From: an uncultured Candidatus Saccharibacteria bacterium
Lineage (GTDB): Bacteria; Patescibacteriota; Minisyncoccia; Phycocordibacterales; UBA9973
DNA length: 64,000 nucleotides
Assembly: GCA_964606285.1 (NCBI GenBank)
Contig: CAZSFP010000003.1
Location: forward strand, 84,967 to 148,966
Direction: 5' to 3'
This document shows positions 36,558 to 46,902 of the stretch, one piece after another (positions within the stretch are counted from its first letter, which is position 1; every line of letters begins with the position of its first letter). A program made the translations under genes and the position numbers. The notes under the pieces are model-generated. The model searched no databases, had not been told where the DNA came from, and saw only the letters and a list, made by a program, of their open reading frames with translations.

Positions 36558-37088
36558 TTATATAGACATAGCAAGTCGATATTCCTTGCTTCCTTTTAGT
36601 AACATTGCTTTTTCAAGAAATAATTTTTTTCCTGCGACATTGTAGGTTTCTACTGATGTAGATAAAAGATAGTAATGTGCCAAGATCCTCATTTCTTGTA
36701 CGATGAGAAACTTTCTCTTCATCATGATTTTTTCGGTAAAAATTTCTTTTGGAATGATAAATTCATCTGCAAGATTTTCATGTACATTTTTGTGTCCTTC
36801 CACAACGCCAGAACATTCGGCATACTTTTCATATATGGGGTAGAGATCATTTTTATCTGTTGCTGGTCCATAGCCCTTGAACATCAAAAGTTCACACAAG
36901 AGTAAGTATTTTTCATCATTGAGTATGCGTAACTTTTTATCTCTTTTCATCATAATGACCTGTTTTAGAGTGGTGTCCGTTGTAAATTCTGGGTCATTGT
37001 TGTTGTTTATTGTTGAAAAGAAAAGCATTATTTCAAGGGGTGTTAGGTATTCTTGAAAAAGAATTTCTAGGGTCGTAAATTTATTCAT
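36558..37088 (-). CDS. hypothetical protein (176 aa), paralog of 37211..37699
   Basis: AT-rich (~30% GC) ORF; shares the (Y/H)YxxxxS(S/T)V and ExYxxxxG blocks with the neighbour. Confidence 0.5.
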   Translation of the reverse strand: MNKFTTLEILFQEYLTPLEIMLFFSTINNNNDPEFTTDTTLKQVIMMKRDKKLRILNDEKYLLLCELLMFKGYGPATDKNDLYPIYEKYAECSGVVEGHKNVHENLADEFIIPKEIFTEKIMMKRKFLIVQEMRILAHYYLLSTSVETYNVAGKKLFLEKAMLLKGSKEYRLAMSI

Positions 37089-37165
37089 GTTTTTAAATTT
37101 ATTTGTTTTTTAAGAGACTACGGGTTTTGTGTCATATTGTCAAATAAAATGCGCACTGAGTGAAA

Positions 37166-37196
37166 TAAAAAATCCCCGATATTCGGGGATTTTTTG
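37166..37196 (-). terminator. intrinsic terminator
   Basis: AAAAAATCCCCGATATTCGGGGATTTTTTG. Confidence 0.55.
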
Positions 37197-37210
37197 AAAC
37201 TAGGAAGTTT

Positions 37211-37699
37211 CTATTTCTCGTAATATTCTTTTATGTACATTTTTGCGGTTATCACAAAGAAATTTTTGTTGACAGTGCTTGAGCCTATATCTGCGTAATA
37301 CAATTGCCTGATCGTGTGTAGTGATTTCAAAAGGCTGAAAAGTGGTTTTTCAGGAATATGTTCCTGAATATTTTTTGGCAGAGCTACTTTACGGGCAAAT
37401 TCACCACTATAGTTTTCATGGTCATTCATCATTGCAAGTGTGGTTGGAATATATCTTGAAAAGAAAGGATACTGCTCTGGAGTAGAAATGAATTCCATAA
37501 AAATTTCACAGATGTTCATATATGTCTCATCGTTCATCTTTTTTTGCATCTCGTCACCTGTTTGGGATATTATTTCTCTCAGAGAAATTCCGCTGTCAAA
37601 AAGTTTTTCCAGCTTCCTTCTTGCATTGGAAGATATTTTTATTTCTTCAAGTAATTCTTGTAAAGTGCTTGATTCAGTGAGTCCGCTCGTGATTGTCAT
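37211..37699 (-). CDS. hypothetical protein (162 aa), paralog of 36558..37088
   Basis: See previous feature. Confidence 0.5.
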   Translation of the reverse strand: MTITSGLTESSTLQELLEEIKISSNARRKLEKLFDSGISLREIISQTGDEMQKKMNDETYMNICEIFMEFISTPEQYPFFSRYIPTTLAMMNDHENYSGEFARKVALPKNIQEHIPEKPLFSLLKSLHTIRQLYYADIGSSTVNKNFFVITAKMYIKEYYEK

Positions 37700-37847
37700 A
37701 GTACAGAGTATTTAGTATTTAAATTTTCTTCACTCTACTCTTTATTTTAAATTTGTCAACAATTATTACTTTCATTTATTCTTTGTAATTCGTATACTAG
37801 TATTGTATTTGTATTGACTACAAACTACTTTCTACTCACTAGTTTTT

Positions 37848-38420
37848 ATGCATCACATCTATCACACCCATGCAGTCATCCTCCATGCACGGCCAGTCGG
37901 CGAACGAGACATGTTTCTCAGTCTTTTTACGCACGAATTTGGTGCACTGTCGGTCAAGGTGACTGGCGTACGGACGATCAAATCAAAACTTCGACCATCA
38001 CTCGTGGCGGGATCATGGATTCGAGCTGATCTCGTGCGAGGGAGAGAGATTTGGCGGTTGACGAGCGCGGCAGCCGATACGTCCTTTTTTGCACTTCCAA
38101 GTACTGCTCGTCCTGCGTATGCACGTGGACTTCGTTTGATCGGACGTCTCTGTCGTGGGGAACAGGCACATGATGCGATCTATGACGACATGCGAATATT
38201 TTTCAGTTTGCTTGCAGCCGGAGAGCAAAAAGACTATCCGAGCATCGAAGGACTCTTTGCACTCCGTGTCCTGTATCATCTCGGGTATTGGGGCGATCAG
38301 GAATTGTATCGTCCATATCTGACGACATCGTTTACGCGCGAGTTGATCGAAACATTTTCACAGGCGTTGCCAGTGGCAATTCCAAAAATCAACCAGTCTC
38401 TCCACGAAACGCAGTTGTAA
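37848..38420 (+). CDS. recO: DNA repair protein RecO
   Basis: N-terminal OB-fold region typical of RecO (AVILHARPVGERDMFLSLFTHEFGALSVKVTGVR); GC about 55%. Confidence 0.7.
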   Translation: MHHIYHTHAVILHARPVGERDMFLSLFTHEFGALSVKVTGVRTIKSKLRPSLVAGSWIRADLVRGREIWRLTSAAADTSFFALPSTARPAYARGLRLIGRLCRGEQAHDAIYDDMRIFFSLLAAGEQKDYPSIEGLFALRVLYHLGYWGDQELYRPYLTTSFTRELIETFSQALPVAIPKINQSLHETQL

Positions 38421-38462
38421 TACACTGTCGTCACTTTCGTCTCATGATATACTTATCACCAT

Positions 38463-40385
38463 ATGGCAGAAGAACGAAACAGATTAGAAGAAATAAAAAA
38501 ACGGCTCTTTAGTCGTGACCCCAACGCTGTTCACGAGACGCGTCGCGGTAAGCTCGATGACATGGTCTACCCCGCAGAGCGTACGTGGCACAGTGAGAAT
38601 TCTTCATCGTCTCAATCCGTTCCTGTATCCGAATCTATGACAAAAAAAAGATCACCATTCAAAACATTTTTTATCGGCTCGCTCGTCTTCTTCGGTATTG
38701 CGGCAATCTTTGCACTCTTCAATATTTTTTCTGACAGCCGGACAGTTTCATCAAATAACATCGACATTGTTGTTCTCGGAAATGGTTTCACTGACGGAGG
38801 AGAGACGCTCGGGTTGGATGTCGACATTCAAAACAAAAATACTGCCGCACTTGAGTATGTCGATCTGATCATTACGTATCCACGAGGAGACGACGCAGAT
38901 CCTGCACAGCAAGAACGCAAGCGTATCTCTGTTGGCACAGTCGCTGCTGGTAAAACAAAGACACAGCATGTCGATCTCATTCTCTATGGTGCGCAGGGAA
39001 CGACCAAAAATATTTCATTCACGCTTGAATACCATATCGCTGGTTCAAATGCGATTTTCTCAAAAAATATCATATATCCAGTCATCATCAATGCCGCACC
39101 GGTGACACTCACTGTGGCAGGACCGACTGCGATCACACCCGGACAATCATTTACGCTCGATATTAGTGTGCTCCAGAATGCGACCGTGCCGGCAAAAAAT
39201 ATGCTCGTTCGTGTCGAATATCCGCCAAGTTTTTCATTTCAAAGTGCGGTTCCTGCAGCGATGGCTGGCAACAACATCTTTGAAATTGGTGATCTCGGTC
39301 CCGGCATGACAAAGAAAGTTTCGATCAAGGGCAAGCTCGAAGGTATTCCGGGAGAAGAACGATCGTTCCGTATTTATACCGGCGCTGGTGCATCGCAAGG
39401 TCAAACAGATATTGCGGTTGCATACAGTTCATTGCTCCACACAATGACACTCGAGAATCCGTTTATCAACGCACAGATCATGGTCGGTGGTGTTCGTGCG
39501 GAACAATACGCGATCACTGGTGGACAGTCAGTGCCGGTGTCCATCGCGTGGACAAACAATCTACCAACAAGCATTGATGATGTTGTCATCAATGCAAAAC
39601 TCTCGGGCAACGCACTCAATCAGTCATCGGTGCAGGCACAGAGCGGATTTTATGATTCGAATACAAATACAATTTCATGGAACAAAAATACTTTTTCACA
39701 ATTCGCATCGCTTGATCCCGGAGCTTCCGGTATGGTTGGTTTCAGTGTGGCATCATTGCTGCTTGTTGGTGGTGGACAATCACTGCTCGTCAACCCGACA
39801 ATTCTCGTCTCTGTTTCGGTCACCGGCAGACAGCCGAACGATGGTGGGACATCATCTCAAATCACAACAAGCGATGAACGTGAACTCCGTGTGTCGACAG
39901 GATTTTTCCTTGCCGGTCGAGGACTTCGTACGATCGGTGCATTTACAAACACTGGTCCAGTACCGCCAAAAGTTGGCAATCGTTCGACCTATACTATCGA
40001 ATGGACTGTTTCCAATTCTGCAAATCCTGTGACGGGTGCGGTTGCTGTTGCGACATTGCCGCCGTATGTCGAATGGGCAGGACGTACTGCACCAGAGAGT
40101 GAATCTTTGTCCTACAATGAGATAACACGGGAAGTGACGTGGAATATTGGCACGGTCAATGCCGGTGTCGGAATACAGGGTGGTGGACGAACTGCATCAT
40201 TCCAAGTTGCCATCACTCCGTCACTTTCACAGGTCGGTAGCACTCTCTCGCTTGTCGGCGAAACCAAACTCACGGGTACGGATTCTTTCTCACACGCCGC
40301 TCTCCAAAGTATCCGACCACTCATCAATACTCGTATATTGAACGATCCTGCATATCAAAACAACTGGGAAAAGGTAGTGAACTAA
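38463..40385 (+). CDS. membrane-anchored protein with large extracytoplasmic beta-rich repetitive domain (640 aa)
   Basis: Cytoplasmic N-terminus, one TM (FFIGSLVFFGIAAIFALFNIF), then repetitive T/S/G/V-rich domain. Confidence 0.55.
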   Translation: MAEERNRLEEIKKRLFSRDPNAVHETRRGKLDDMVYPAERTWHSENSSSSQSVPVSESMTKKRSPFKTFFIGSLVFFGIAAIFALFNIFSDSRTVSSNNIDIVVLGNGFTDGGETLGLDVDIQNKNTAALEYVDLIITYPRGDDADPAQQERKRISVGTVAAGKTKTQHVDLILYGAQGTTKNISFTLEYHIAGSNAIFSKNIIYPVIINAAPVTLTVAGPTAITPGQSFTLDISVLQNATVPAKNMLVRVEYPPSFSFQSAVPAAMAGNNIFEIGDLGPGMTKKVSIKGKLEGIPGEERSFRIYTGAGASQGQTDIAVAYSSLLHTMTLENPFINAQIMVGGVRAEQYAITGGQSVPVSIAWTNNLPTSIDDVVINAKLSGNALNQSSVQAQSGFYDSNTNTISWNKNTFSQFASLDPGASGMVGFSVASLLLVGGGQSLLVNPTILVSVSVTGRQPNDGGTSSQITTSDERELRVSTGFFLAGRGLRTIGAFTNTGPVPPKVGNRSTYTIEWTVSNSANPVTGAVAVATLPPYVEWAGRTAPESESLSYNEITREVTWNIGTVNAGVGIQGGGRTASFQVAITPSLSQVGSTLSLVGETKLTGTDSFSHAALQSIRPLINTRILNDPAYQNNWEKVVN

Positions 40386-40436
40386 TCGAACGCTGAATTT
40401 TGAAAAGCTTTTAAAATAGGGTAGTATGGGACGTAT

Positions 40437-41750
40437 ATGACAGACGCAACTTTGATGGAAAAACTTATCTCACTCTGCAAACGCCGGGGATTCATTTTTC
40501 AAGGATCCGAGATTTATGGTGGCTTGGCGGGAACCTGGGATCTCGGTCACTTGGGCGGAGAACTCGTCAACAATATAAAACATTCATGGTGGAAAAAATT
40601 TGTTTCTGATCGCGAAGATATGTATGGCATTCGTGCTGCAATTTTGATGCGCAGTGAAGTCTGGGAAGCCAGCGGTCACGTCGCTGGATTTGCTGATCCG
40701 ATGGTTGAATGTCCAAAATGCCAACAACGATTTCGTGCTGATCAGATAGAAACTGTAGATGGTAGTCAATATTGTCCTGATGACAAAGCAGTGCTCGGTA
40801 CTCCGCGTCAATTCAATATGATGTTCAAGACACAAGTTGGCGCTGCCGAAGATTCTTCTGCGACAGCATATCTTCGTCCTGAAACAGCACAGGGTATTTT
40901 TGTAAATTTCAAAAGTACACTGGATGCATATCACCCGAAACTACCATTTGGTATGGCGCAAATCGGCAAAGCATTTCGTAACGAGATTACACCTCGAGAC
41001 TTTGTGTTTCGTTCTCGAGAATTCGAGCAGATGGAAATCGAATATTTTATAAAAGAATCTGATTGGGAAAAATACTTTGAACATTTCCGTGTTGAAATGA
41101 CTGACTGGATGAACAGTGTGGGTATCGATATGAATAAAGTATCTGAGCTTGAAGTATCAACAGAGGATTTGGCACACTATTCAAAGCGGACGATAGATTT
41201 CGAATTTGAATATCCTTTCGGCAAGAAAGAACTCTTTGGTCTTGCATACCGCGGAAATTTTGATTTGACCAATCACAAACTCGATTACTTTGATGAAGAA
41301 TCAGGAGAGCGATTCGTACCACATGTTATCGAACCATCATTTGGTGTTGAACGAGCGCTGCTCGCATTACTTTTGTCTGCGTATACAGAAGATGAACAAA
41401 ATGGGGAAGTGCGAACATATTTGAAATTGAAACCATCTATTGCGCCTACTATCTGTGCGGTTTCACCACTTCTTAAAAACAAACCTGAGCTCGTTGAAAA
41501 AGCTCGTGGTGTATTTACACTCCTCAAAAAAGAATTTGGCCGTGTCGCATGGGATGACAATGGTAACATCGGCAAGCGCTACCGCCGCCAAGATGAAATC
41601 GGTACGCCATGGTGTATCGTCATCGACTTTGACACACTTGGTGAAAATCCAGACCTCCTCGATACTGTCACGATTCGTGATCGAGACACAGGTACCCAAG
41701 AGCGAATTGCTATTAGTGATTTGGTGTCTAAAATAAAATCTCAACTATAA
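40437..41750 (+). CDS. glyQS: glycyl-tRNA synthetase (dimeric alpha2 type)
   Basis: Class-II motifs and Zn-knuckle region (ECPKCQQRFRADQ); anticodon-binding C-terminus; 437 aa. Confidence 0.9.
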   Translation: MTDATLMEKLISLCKRRGFIFQGSEIYGGLAGTWDLGHLGGELVNNIKHSWWKKFVSDREDMYGIRAAILMRSEVWEASGHVAGFADPMVECPKCQQRFRADQIETVDGSQYCPDDKAVLGTPRQFNMMFKTQVGAAEDSSATAYLRPETAQGIFVNFKSTLDAYHPKLPFGMAQIGKAFRNEITPRDFVFRSREFEQMEIEYFIKESDWEKYFEHFRVEMTDWMNSVGIDMNKVSELEVSTEDLAHYSKRTIDFEFEYPFGKKELFGLAYRGNFDLTNHKLDYFDEESGERFVPHVIEPSFGVERALLALLLSAYTEDEQNGEVRTYLKLKPSIAPTICAVSPLLKNKPELVEKARGVFTLLKKEFGRVAWDDNGNIGKRYRRQDEIGTPWCIVIDFDTLGENPDLLDTVTIRDRDTGTQERIAISDLVSKIKSQL

Positions 41751-41751
41751 A

Positions 41752-43011
41752 ATGAAGTTAAAAAAAACAATTCTCAAAAATGGACTTCGGATCGTTACTG
41801 TGACGATGGATGCGCCGACAACGACTGCACTTGTTATGGTTGAAGCGGGAAGTAGATATGAGACTCGGGAAACCAACGGTCTCTCACATTTTCTCGAACA
41901 TATGTGTTTCAAGGGCACGACTCGCCGATCCGCAAAAGAAATTGCTCATGAACTCGAAGGGATGGGAGCAGAAACAAATGCATTTACGAGTTATGACTAT
42001 ACCGGCTATTATGCAAAAGGTCGTGCGGCGCTGTTGCCACGACTGCTCGATGTCGTCGCTGATGTCTATCTCAATTCAGTTTTTCCCGTCGAAGAAATAG
42101 AAAAAGAACGCGGGGTGATTTGCGGAGAAATCGACATGTACAACGATTTGCCACAACAGCAAGTCATGAGAAATATCACTGAATCCATCTACGGTGAACA
42201 ACCAGCAGGGTACTCGGTATTGGGACCAAAGGAAAACATCAAACGATTTACTCGCGATGATTTTATACAATATAGAACAAAGCATTATCATGCAGCAACG
42301 ACGACAGTTATTGTGACCGGTCCTGCGTCTCACGGAGACGTAGTTGCGGCTGTAAAAAAATTATTCAAAGATATTCCCGTCGCTAAAATACACACAAAGA
42401 AAAAGATTGCGAAAACAATCGGCAAGAAAATTTTTATAGAAGAAAAAAAGACTGATCAATCGCATGTCATTATCGGTGGTCGTGCAATGTCGATGAGTCA
42501 CAAGGATTCGACTGCGTTTGATGTGGCGATGGGGGTTTTGGGGAAGGGTATGAGTTCCCGACTTTTTATGCGACTTCGTGAAGAAATGGGTGCAGGATAT
42601 TATGTCAGTGCCGGAGCACCGATGTCTGATGATACGGGTATATTTATGATCCGGACAGGCACAGAACCAAAACGCGTTCCAGAAGTTATCGAGGCTATCG
42701 TTGAAGAAATCAAAAAACTCCAAACAACACTCGTTTCTGATGAAGAACTGAGAAAAACAAAAGAATATTTGATCGGAGGACTGTATATGGACCTCGAATC
42801 TACAGACAGTGTTGCCGTGCATGTCGGCTATGAAGAAATTCTTCATCAGAAAATCAAAATGCAAAAAGAGATAGAAAAAGAAATTCGTGCGATTACCAGT
42901 GCTGATATCCGACGGGTCATGAAAACATATTGCAAACCCGAATATTTACACCTCGCGGTCATTGGTCCGGGTCATGACGCTATTTCTCTCGGGGTACTGT
43001 TGGCAAAATAA
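41752..43011 (+). CDS. M16 family zinc peptidase (insulinase-like)
   Basis: Inverted zinc motif HFLEH ... E; 419 aa. Confidence 0.85.
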   Translation: MKLKKTILKNGLRIVTVTMDAPTTTALVMVEAGSRYETRETNGLSHFLEHMCFKGTTRRSAKEIAHELEGMGAETNAFTSYDYTGYYAKGRAALLPRLLDVVADVYLNSVFPVEEIEKERGVICGEIDMYNDLPQQQVMRNITESIYGEQPAGYSVLGPKENIKRFTRDDFIQYRTKHYHAATTTVIVTGPASHGDVVAAVKKLFKDIPVAKIHTKKKIAKTIGKKIFIEEKKTDQSHVIIGGRAMSMSHKDSTAFDVAMGVLGKGMSSRLFMRLREEMGAGYYVSAGAPMSDDTGIFMIRTGTEPKRVPEVIEAIVEEIKKLQTTLVSDEELRKTKEYLIGGLYMDLESTDSVAVHVGYEEILHQKIKMQKEIEKEIRAITSADIRRVMKTYCKPEYLHLAVIGPGHDAISLGVLLAK

Positions 43012-43032
43012 GCTCTGTGATATAGTAGTCAT

Positions 43033-44100
43033 ATGTCAACGCCCCGCCTCAATATCAATATCACTTCAGGGACGTTTGTTCGTTTGGCGGTATTTATCAT
43101 TCTCGGTCTTATGCTCGTTCGTATCCGAGACTTGATCCTCGTCATTTTGACCTCTATTACGATCGCATCGTTCGTCGAAGCAGGAGTTCATAAGCTTGGA
43201 AAATGGAAGATCGGCAGAACACTGGCGGTGTTTCTGATCTATATCATCACCATTCTTTTCCTGTTTATATTGTTTTACTTGTTTATTCCGATCATTATCG
43301 ATGAAGTTGCAGGATTGTTGACACTCGTCAAAGATCAATTCATTGACTCAAATCTCTTCGTTACTCTTCCGGGAGATTCTATTTCTGAAGCGCAGAATTT
43401 TGTGTCCGGTTTGACCAACGCGACATCGTTGTCCGAAGGTATTTCTGGAAGTGCACAATCACTTATCAGTGGGCTTTCCGGTGGGTTTATCGGAACACTG
43501 TCATTGTTCTTTGGTGGTATTCTCAATTTTGTTCTCATTACCGTTATTTCATTTTATTTGTCAGTCCAAGACCATGGAGTGGAAAATTTTCTTCGTATTG
43601 TTATTCCCCTCAAACATGAAGACTATGCGATCGATCTCTGGCGTCGAACAGAACGAAAGATCGGTTTGTGGTTCCAGGGTCAGCTCGTTCTCGCATTCTT
43701 TATCTTTATTTTGACCTATATTGGTCTTCTGGTTATCGGCGTTCCATACGCGCTCTTGATCTCACTCGTTACCGGACTGTTTGAACTTGTTCCGTACGGT
43801 ATCCTTCTCGCAATTATTCCAGCGGTTGCATTCGCGTACCTCGATGGGGGAATAACACTTGCTTTGATCGTCGTCGCGTTTTATACGATTCTCCAGCAGA
43901 TTGAGAACTATATCATCCAGCCACTCGTTATGCGACGGATGATCGGTATCTCGCCGCTCGTTGTTATCCTCGCGATACTTATCGGTGCAAAACTTGCTGG
44001 ATTCTGGGGATTCATTCTCGCGATCCCAATGGCTGTCCTAGTTCTTGAATTTATGGGAGACCTCGAACGAAACAAAATTGCAGCTAAAAGCACTACCTAA
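43033..44100 (+). CDS. AI-2E family transporter (UPF0118/PerM-like)
   Basis: About 8 TM helices; C-terminal IQPLVMRRMIGISPLVVILAILIGAKLAGFWGFILAIPMA signature. Confidence 0.8.
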   Translation: MSTPRLNINITSGTFVRLAVFIILGLMLVRIRDLILVILTSITIASFVEAGVHKLGKWKIGRTLAVFLIYIITILFLFILFYLFIPIIIDEVAGLLTLVKDQFIDSNLFVTLPGDSISEAQNFVSGLTNATSLSEGISGSAQSLISGLSGGFIGTLSLFFGGILNFVLITVISFYLSVQDHGVENFLRIVIPLKHEDYAIDLWRRTERKIGLWFQGQLVLAFFIFILTYIGLLVIGVPYALLISLVTGLFELVPYGILLAIIPAVAFAYLDGGITLALIVVAFYTILQQIENYIIQPLVMRRMIGISPLVVILAILIGAKLAGFWGFILAIPMAVLVLEFMGDLERNKIAAKSTT

Positions 44101-44116
44101 CTAACTCATTTCTTGT

Positions 44117-45559
44117 ATGAAAAAATCATTTTATATAACAACAACATTGCCATATGTGAATGCTGAACCGCATGTCGGTTTCGCTATGGAAATTATCCGT
44201 GCCGATATCATTGCTCGAGCAAAAAAAATGCAGGGATACGATGTATTCTTCAATACTGGAACCGATGAGCACGGGCAGAAACTTTGGAATGATGCGCAAA
44301 AAAATGGAAAAGATGTGAAAGACTATGTTGATGAATACGCACTTCGTTTCAAAGGATTGGCAGGATTGCTCAACATCTCGTCTGATGTGCATTTTATTCG
44401 AACGACCGATACAGCTCATGAAGCCGCTGCACAAGAATTTTGGAAGCTCTGTGACAAGAATGGCTTTATTTACAAAAAATCCTACCAGATAAAATACTGC
44501 GTCGGATGCGAGTTGGAAAAAACAGAATCCGAACTCGATGACAGTGGTCAGTGTCCGATTCATCCGACCTACAAGATAGAATTGATCGATGAAGAAAATT
44601 ATTTCTTCAAGTTTTCTGCATTTCAAAAACCATTACTTGATTTTTATGCAGCACGACCTGATTTCGTCATTCCTGATTTTCGTTTCAATGAGATCAAAGC
44701 ATTCGTTGAACGGGGACTCGAAGACTTTTCTATCTCGCGTCTCAAATCTAAAATGCCGTGGGGTGTACCGGTATCAGGAGATGATACACAAGTCATGTAC
44801 GTTTGGTTTGATGCCTTGGTAAATTATATTTCAACGCTGGGTTGGCCAAACAACGGAGGGCAATTTGAAAGTTTCTGGAAAAACGGCATGCCGACACAAT
44901 ATTGCGGCAAAGACAATCTCCGTCAGCAGTCAGCGATGTGGCAAGCGATGCTCATGGCAGCAGAATTGCCAAATTCTCATCAGATAGTCATCAATGGTTT
45001 TTTTACCGGCGAAGGCGGTCTCAAGATGTCTAAATCTATCGGTAATGTCATCAATCCCTATGATGTCGTTGCAGAATTTGGCACTGACGCGCTTCGGTAT
45101 TATGTCGTTGGAGAAGTATCAATGTTCGAAGACAGTCCATGCTCCATGGATCTCATCAAAGGGAGTTACAATGCGAAACTTGCCAATGGTCTCGGCAATC
45201 TCACGTCCCGCATCATGAAAATGGCAGTAACACATCTGGAAGATCCTGTTCCGACTGATGAAATATCTGTGCCTGATGAATATATTGCTTTTCTCAATGC
45301 TTATGAGATTGGTAAAGCGGTACAGGTGATTTGGCATGAGATCAGTGCTCTTGATCTCCTCATCCAAGAGACTCAGCCGTTCAAGCTCGTCAAAACCGAT
45401 CCTGAAAAAGGGAAAGAAATCATTCGCGAACTTGTGACTCGATTGTGTGCGGTTGCCTACATGCTTGGTCCTGTTTTGCCAGAAACAGCTGAAAAAATAA
45501 AAATATTGATCAAAAATCACACAACTCCTGAGCAACCATTGTTTTTGAGAAAAGACTAA
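44117..45559 (+). CDS. metG: methionyl-tRNA synthetase
   Basis: TTTLPYVNAEPHVGF (HIGH-like), Zn knuckle CVGCELE...CPIH, KMSKSIGN. Confidence 0.9.
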   Translation: MKKSFYITTTLPYVNAEPHVGFAMEIIRADIIARAKKMQGYDVFFNTGTDEHGQKLWNDAQKNGKDVKDYVDEYALRFKGLAGLLNISSDVHFIRTTDTAHEAAAQEFWKLCDKNGFIYKKSYQIKYCVGCELEKTESELDDSGQCPIHPTYKIELIDEENYFFKFSAFQKPLLDFYAARPDFVIPDFRFNEIKAFVERGLEDFSISRLKSKMPWGVPVSGDDTQVMYVWFDALVNYISTLGWPNNGGQFESFWKNGMPTQYCGKDNLRQQSAMWQAMLMAAELPNSHQIVINGFFTGEGGLKMSKSIGNVINPYDVVAEFGTDALRYYVVGEVSMFEDSPCSMDLIKGSYNAKLANGLGNLTSRIMKMAVTHLEDPVPTDEISVPDEYIAFLNAYEIGKAVQVIWHEISALDLLIQETQPFKLVKTDPEKGKEIIRELVTRLCAVAYMLGPVLPETAEKIKILIKNHTTPEQPLFLRKD

Positions 45560-45570
45560 ATAATGAGATC

Positions 45571-46062
45571 ATGATTACGCACCCATCAAAAGAGTATATG
45601 GATCTAGCTATAATTGAAGCAAAAAACTCTGCTTTGACTGGTCAGTACGCCTTGGGAGCTCTTGTTGTAAATGATAGGGGTGAAATTATTTCTATTGCAC
45701 ATACGACATTACATGAATCACAGGATGCGACAACTCATGCAGAGATGAATGCTATACGAGCTGCTTGTAAACAACTAAACAATAGATATTTATCCGGATG
45801 TTGGCTCTATACAACCCTTGAACCATGTCCTATGTGTACATCGGCTGCTATTTGGGCGAAAATGGAAGGTATTGTTTTTGGTGCAACTAAAGACGATGCT
45901 GTTGAATTTTCACAAAAAATCAAAGATAGTAAATTTACATGGCGACAAATAGATATTTCTTCAAAAACTATTATTGAAAAAGGTAATCCAATTTTGAAAC
46001 TTCATGAAGAATTTGAAAGAGAAGAATGTATTAAACTTTTTGATATTTCAAATAATATATAA
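45571..46062 (+). CDS. nucleoside/tRNA adenosine deaminase (TadA-like, CDA fold)
   Basis: HAEMNAI ... EPCPMC zinc-binding motifs; 163 aa. Confidence 0.75.
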   Translation: MITHPSKEYMDLAIIEAKNSALTGQYALGALVVNDRGEIISIAHTTLHESQDATTHAEMNAIRAACKQLNNRYLSGCWLYTTLEPCPMCTSAAIWAKMEGIVFGATKDDAVEFSQKIKDSKFTWRQIDISSKTIIEKGNPILKLHEEFEREECIKLFDISNNI

Positions 46063-46071
46063 TTCATATAT

Positions 46072-46824
46072 ATGTCTCACGAAAAAATTATTCAAGTTCA
46101 AACTCTCGAGCATCCTGTAAAGAAAGTTGTTGCACCTGAAGTAGAACAAGATAGTGTCACTAAAAAATACAAAGAATCTCCTGAAAAATCCCAGCTCCGC
46201 GAAGACTTTCTCGCCTTTGAATCCATATTGGTGGACGGGGAAGTAAAAAAAGCATGGGAAATCATAGAAGGAAATGGATTTTATGGAACTTTTTCTCAAT
46301 ACGGAAAAGCTGATCCGTTCATGGAATTTGAAGAATATATTCGCAAAGCAACTGGTGTCGGTATTTATAAAACGGCAGGATTTTCTGATATGTCTCATGG
46401 TGAATTGGGAGGTCTCATCGGAACGTACAAAAATATGTTGGATACCGTTACGAACAATAGTTATGGAGAACGACAGAGACTTGAGATCATTGACCAGAAA
46501 CTCGTTCATTTCTTTGAAGATCGCATCAATCATTTTCTGAAAACTATCAAGCAGCGTATTCATGATGTGGCACTCCATCGTGCTGGTATCGAGAACCGTC
46601 AAGCGCGCAGACAACTCGAAAAACAATTACTCGAAAAATTGTCACTTGGAGAGAAAAAAGAAGAAATGATGACACTGCTTGCTGATGTTGATACTCGCAA
46701 AAAAGCAGTGTATCAATTCAAAGGACACGACATGGTTCGCTTGTGCCGAGAAATGTCGACTGATGTGAATGAGGTGCTCAAAGATCCATTCTATTCTGAT
46801 CCACTTATCCCGGATGCTTACTAA
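46072..46824 (+). CDS. hypothetical protein (250 aa)
   Basis: Preferred over the antisense 192-aa ORF (46048..46626), which is F/L-rich as expected for the antisense of K/E-rich coding sequence. Confidence 0.5.
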   Translation: MSHEKIIQVQTLEHPVKKVVAPEVEQDSVTKKYKESPEKSQLREDFLAFESILVDGEVKKAWEIIEGNGFYGTFSQYGKADPFMEFEEYIRKATGVGIYKTAGFSDMSHGELGGLIGTYKNMLDTVTNNSYGERQRLEIIDQKLVHFFEDRINHFLKTIKQRIHDVALHRAGIENRQARRQLEKQLLEKLSLGEKKEEMMTLLADVDTRKKAVYQFKGHDMVRLCREMSTDVNEVLKDPFYSDPLIPDAY

Positions 46825-46902
46825 ATAGGAATAAATAGCATTCTTTACAAAAATACCACAATGTGGTATTTTTGTTTTAAATCTCAAACTAAAACGATAG
46901 CT

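Noticed and set aside
46048-46626. 192-aa minus-strand ORF overlapping 46072..46824
   Set aside because: F/L-rich antisense composition. The neighbourhood genes are all on the plus strand with proper spacing. The plus ORF was kept.
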